From assembly GCA_938085445.1 (NCBI GenBank), contig CALKGR010000004.1, positions 1 through 64,000 on the forward strand: DNA of 64,000 nt, read 5' to 3'. The position numbers and the translations under genes were made by a program. Below the pieces are notes generated by a model, which did not search any database, was not told where the DNA came from, and saw only the letters and a list, made by a program, of their open reading frames with translations. Shown piece by piece: positions 61,601 to 64,000 of the stretch (position 1 is its first letter; every line of letters starts with the position of its first letter). Origin of the DNA: an uncultured Rubripirellula sp. Lineage in GTDB: Bacteria; Planctomycetota; Planctomycetia; Pirellulales; Pirellulaceae.

Positions 61601-64000
61601 ATGGCGTATCGTTGGTAGATTTGGCAGTAATCGTCAGCGTTGCGGTCTGCTGCACCGCTAACTCACCTACATCCCAAATGCCCGAGGTGGCATCGTACGA
61701 ACCGACACCAGCAACCGAACGCTCATAAGCCAGCCCATCCGGTAGGGCATCCAATAGCGTCACCCCGGTCGCGGTATCTTGTCCACCATTGGTGACCGTG
61801 ATCGTAAAATGCACGGGATCACCGACGTTGGGTTTAGCATTGTCAACTTCCTTGGTAACGGACAGATCTGCTGTCGCTAACTCGAAACTGGCCGAGCCAT
61901 AGTCATCCTCAGTCGGATCGGCGTTGCTTGGTGTGCTATCAGAATCATACTGGTCAACAGACTTCACCTCAGCAACGTTGGTAGTCGACACGATGGTATT
62001 GACCACAGCATCTATGGTCAGGGTAGCCGTCGCCCCACTGGCTAAACTTCCAACCGACCACTCGCCGGCACCAAGGTTGTAACTGCCCGAATCCGCGGAT
62101 GACGCTGAGAACGTCAAGCCTGCTGGCAAATCATCTTTAACGACCAAATTCGTAGCATCATTTGGACCAGCGTTATTCACCTGCACTGTGTAACGAATCG
62201 GCTGACCAAAAATTGGTCGAGCGACATCAATGCCCTTCGTAACACTAATATCGATGACGGGTGGTGTGATCGTGACGCTCTGCTGATCATCCTCTGATCC
62301 CAAACCATTGCCCGGAGTGCTATCCGGATCGTATTGATCCGCGGAAGATACCTGAGCCATGTTCTGCTGTGGATCAGGACTATCAATGCTTCCAACAATC
62401 GTCAACGTCCTCTGAGAACCTGCAGGGATTGCCCCAACATCCCAAACCCCAGTACCAGCGTTATAACTACTGCCCTGTGGGGTCTGACCTGACCGGAAGG
62501 TAATTCCATCCGGCAACTGGTCAGTCACAATGACATTGGTTGCGGCATTTGGCCCCTGATTGCTCACGACGATGGTAAACACAACCTCCTGCCCAACATT
62601 GGCCCGGTCATTGTCCACTGCTTTGGATAGCTCCAGGTCAGCTTGTTGCGGTGTGATGGCAACACTGCTCTGATCATCCTCGCCCTCGCTCCCATTGCCT
62701 GGCGTGCTATCAACATCCTCCTGATCTGCCTTTGTGACCTGCGCCATATTGACCATAGCAGCGACATCCGTCACCCGTGCTTGAATCCGAAGCTGCTTAG
62801 ATTCTTGACTTGGTATCAACCCAACAACCCACTGCCCTGTGGAAGAGATGTACGTTCCCGTGCTTGCCGTGAACCCTACGAAGGCAAGCCCACTTGGCAA
62901 GATATCCTGCACTTCAACACCACTTGCATCACTCGGGCCGGCGTTGGCGACGTCCACTGTGAAGGTCACTGTATCATTTAAGTTCGGAGTCGCATTATCT
63001 ACCGTCTTACTGACCGAGAGGTCAATCTGCGTTGCACCTATCGTTTGCGAATCCTGATCATCCTCGCTGGGATCATTGTTAGCTGGCGTTGAGTTAGGAT
63101 CCCACTGGTCACTGGCAAAGACCTCCGCAGTGTTGGTCAACTCATTTGCAGTTGTTGCTTTCGCATTGATCGTAAGCGTGACGTTGCCGCCAACACTTAT
63201 AGAACCAAGCTCCCAAATACCGGTACTACTTGTGTACTGGCCAGCTGTTGTGCTGCTCGAAATGTACTCCAGACCAACGGGCAGCACGTCACGCACAGAA
63301 ACGCCGGTCGCAGTGTCCTGACCTTTGTTGTTGACCGTGATCACGAATGAGATTTCCTGCCCAACGCTGGGGGCATTATTGGTCACAGTCATGGACAAAG
63401 ACAAATCTGCTTCGGGCGCCTGAATCGTCACCGAGCTCTGATCATCCTCGGTCGGATCCCCATTGTTGGGCGTACTATCGATGTCAACCTGATCTGCTGC
63501 AATGACTTCCGCAGTATTGGTTTTGGGGCCTGGCGATTCGACCGTCCCAACGAGCGTCAGCCTTTGACTCGATGCAGGCGAGATCGCGCCGACCGTCCAC
63601 ACACTGGTTCCAACACTGTACTGACCTTGGGTCGCTGAAGCATTTGAAAACGCAATCCCAGCAGGTAACTCATCCTTGACCTCAACCCCGGTTGCCGTGC
63701 TCGGTCCCGCGTTGCTGACCTCCAGCGTATAGGTCACCGCATTACCGACGATCACCAATGTGGGCTCCGCAGTTTTCACTAACGACAGATCTATCGACTC
63801 AGTTATAAAACTCACCGCCGCTTGGTCGTTTTCATTCGCCTGCTGGCCATTTCCTGGTGTACTGTTGGGGTCAAACTGGTCTGAAGCACTCACCTCGGCA
63901 AAGTTCACTCTTTCCCCTGCGGACGTGATCCGACCGCTTAATACAAGCTGTGCGATGCTACCGCTATTGACGGTACCCACAGTCCAAATGCCCGTCGAAC
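58671..64000 (-). CDS. giant DUF11 (conserved repeat domain) surface protein/adhesin, 5' end outside the window
   Basis: 13 complete plus 1 partial repeats of about 128 aa, DL(S)xxK...N.GP..ATGV.V.D.LP.GL...W..G...NxAEV...DQxDxDSTPxN...EDD; frame open to the window end. Confidence 0.93.
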   Translation of the reverse strand, partial: STGIWTVGTVNSGSIAQLVLSGRITSAGERVNFAEVSASDQFDPNSTPGNGQQANENDQAAVSFITESIDLSLVKTAEPTLVIVGNAVTYTLEVSNAGPSTATGVEVKDELPAGIAFSNASATQGQYSVGTSVWTVGAISPASSQRLTLVGTVESPGPKTNTAEVIAADQVDIDSTPNNGDPTEDDQSSVTIQAPEADLSLSMTVTNNAPSVGQEISFVITVNNKGQDTATGVSVRDVLPVGLEYISSSTTAGQYTSSTGIWELGSISVGGNVTLTINAKATTANELTNTAEVFASDQWDPNSTPANNDPSEDDQDSQTIGATQIDLSVSKTVDNATPNLNDTVTFTVDVANAGPSDASGVEVQDILPSGLAFVGFTASTGTYISSTGQWVVGLIPSQESKQLRIQARVTDVAAMVNMAQVTKADQEDVDSTPGNGSEGEDDQSSVAITPQQADLELSKAVDNDRANVGQEVVFTIVVSNQGPNAATNVIVTDQLPDGITFRSGQTPQGSSYNAGTGVWDVGAIPAGSQRTLTIVGSIDSPDPQQNMAQVSSADQYDPDSTPGNGLGSEDDQQSVTITPPVIDISVTKGIDVARPIFGQPIRYTVQVNNAGPNDATNLVVKDDLPAGLTFSASSADSGSYNLGAGEWSVGSLASGATATLTIDAVVNTIVSTTNVAEVKSVDQYDSDSTPSNADPTEDDYGSASFELATADLSVTKEVDNAKPNVGDPVHFTITVTNGGQDTATGVTLLDALPDGLAYERSVAGVGSYDATSGIWDVGELAVQQTATLTITAKSTNDTPLTNTVQVATLDQLDPDATPGNNVPSEDDQASVNVVGQQIDLSVTKVVDNERPNVGDLVHFTVSLANSRVTEATGVSVRDPLPSGLNYKSHIASRGSYNPSSGVWDVGQVANGEVLTLNLTAEVTAVGTLDNVAEVLTANQPDINSSPNNNDPNENDQASATVTPQVADLQLVKSVDNERPDVNQVSLFTITVTNLGPDAATGVAVTDQLPDGLAYSADQPSRGTFDSGTGVWTIGQIDPNEVVTLQLGAQVESIGVKENSAEITASDQADPNSTPGNNVPGENDQDAVSVRPTIIDLSLNKEAEPFRPSVNGQLTYTLTVSNAGPDTATGIKVQDQFPSGVTVASSDPSVGAFSDGVWSVPSLAPQTEATLEIITDVTLPGTWTNRAEVIAADQFDFDSTPGNDDGIEGNGNDEDDQASITNTTASADLSVTKSVSDDHPGVLTEVVYTVTLHNGGPDEALDVQVLDQIPAGLTFVSYEATSGTYNASGNGIWRVPSIGEGGQEQLDITVAVSSLGEKINTAEVIASSQYDPDSTPGNNDPTEDDQASVSLTPQLVDLALTKIVDDPNPNVGGNVTFTLELTNQGPSPATGVIVRDALPDGFFVLEIKPSQGVYDPTLGLWQVGGVGVGEVPQLIIEARIDSPDPLVNEAEVFQCDQPDIDSIPNNGDVTEDDYAAVTVTPQIADLRVLIDVSDATPNQHEELFYTLIVFNDGPSDATQVTVRSILPDGLGFVRVANGAGVYNEFLGLWDIPSIAAQSAASMQLVVVVDSKQPIITTAEVIRSEQYDPNSTPDNGDTSENDYGAVAVAPKLIDISVSAFADNADPSLGDIVEMTFTVSNDGPDTATGVTADIAIPAGLELLRVIPQRGIYGLPESEETWQIGSIEAGSVATLVLQARTLQRGMSLVDFQVMSYEQADLDSDPGNNLLDEDDQTQLMVTVPQYSKRMFLASSPEAAAPSQAQRTQSQPFSRGGRFAR

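Overview
A core-like chromosomal region, most likely from a marine planctomycete (Pirellulaceae, Rubripirellula/Rhodopirellula-like). That assignment is my inference from the gene repertoire: groEL-groES-groEL-dnaJ-grpE without dnaK, a sulfatase, PhoD, a ceramidase-like protein, Pro-rich secreted proteins and a giant DUF11 protein. About 46 CDSs are supported, including nadA, the chaperone cluster, polX, a hydroxyproline-type catabolic trio, a split Tm-1-like gene pair, msrA, an MMPL transporter, a TerB-AAA ATPase, glgC, a DegP-like protease, mutL, a sulfite-oxidase-family enzyme, an NhaP2-like antiporter, PrsW, a TlpA-like redoxin and the 3' part of a DUF11-repeat adhesin. I saw no rRNA, tRNA, CRISPR array, integrase or transposase. 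The best candidates for novelty are: (1) a DprA/SLOG-like plus ADP-ribosyltransferase-fold fusion directly upstream of nadA; (2) strict A/B alternation and co-varying Lys/Asp/Asn residues in the DUF11 adhesin repeats; (3) a hidden GGDEF pseudogene broken partly by a 20-bp tandem duplication; (4) a sigma54-type promoter and an internal terminator in the chaperone operon. All family assignments come from reading motifs by eye; no searches were run.
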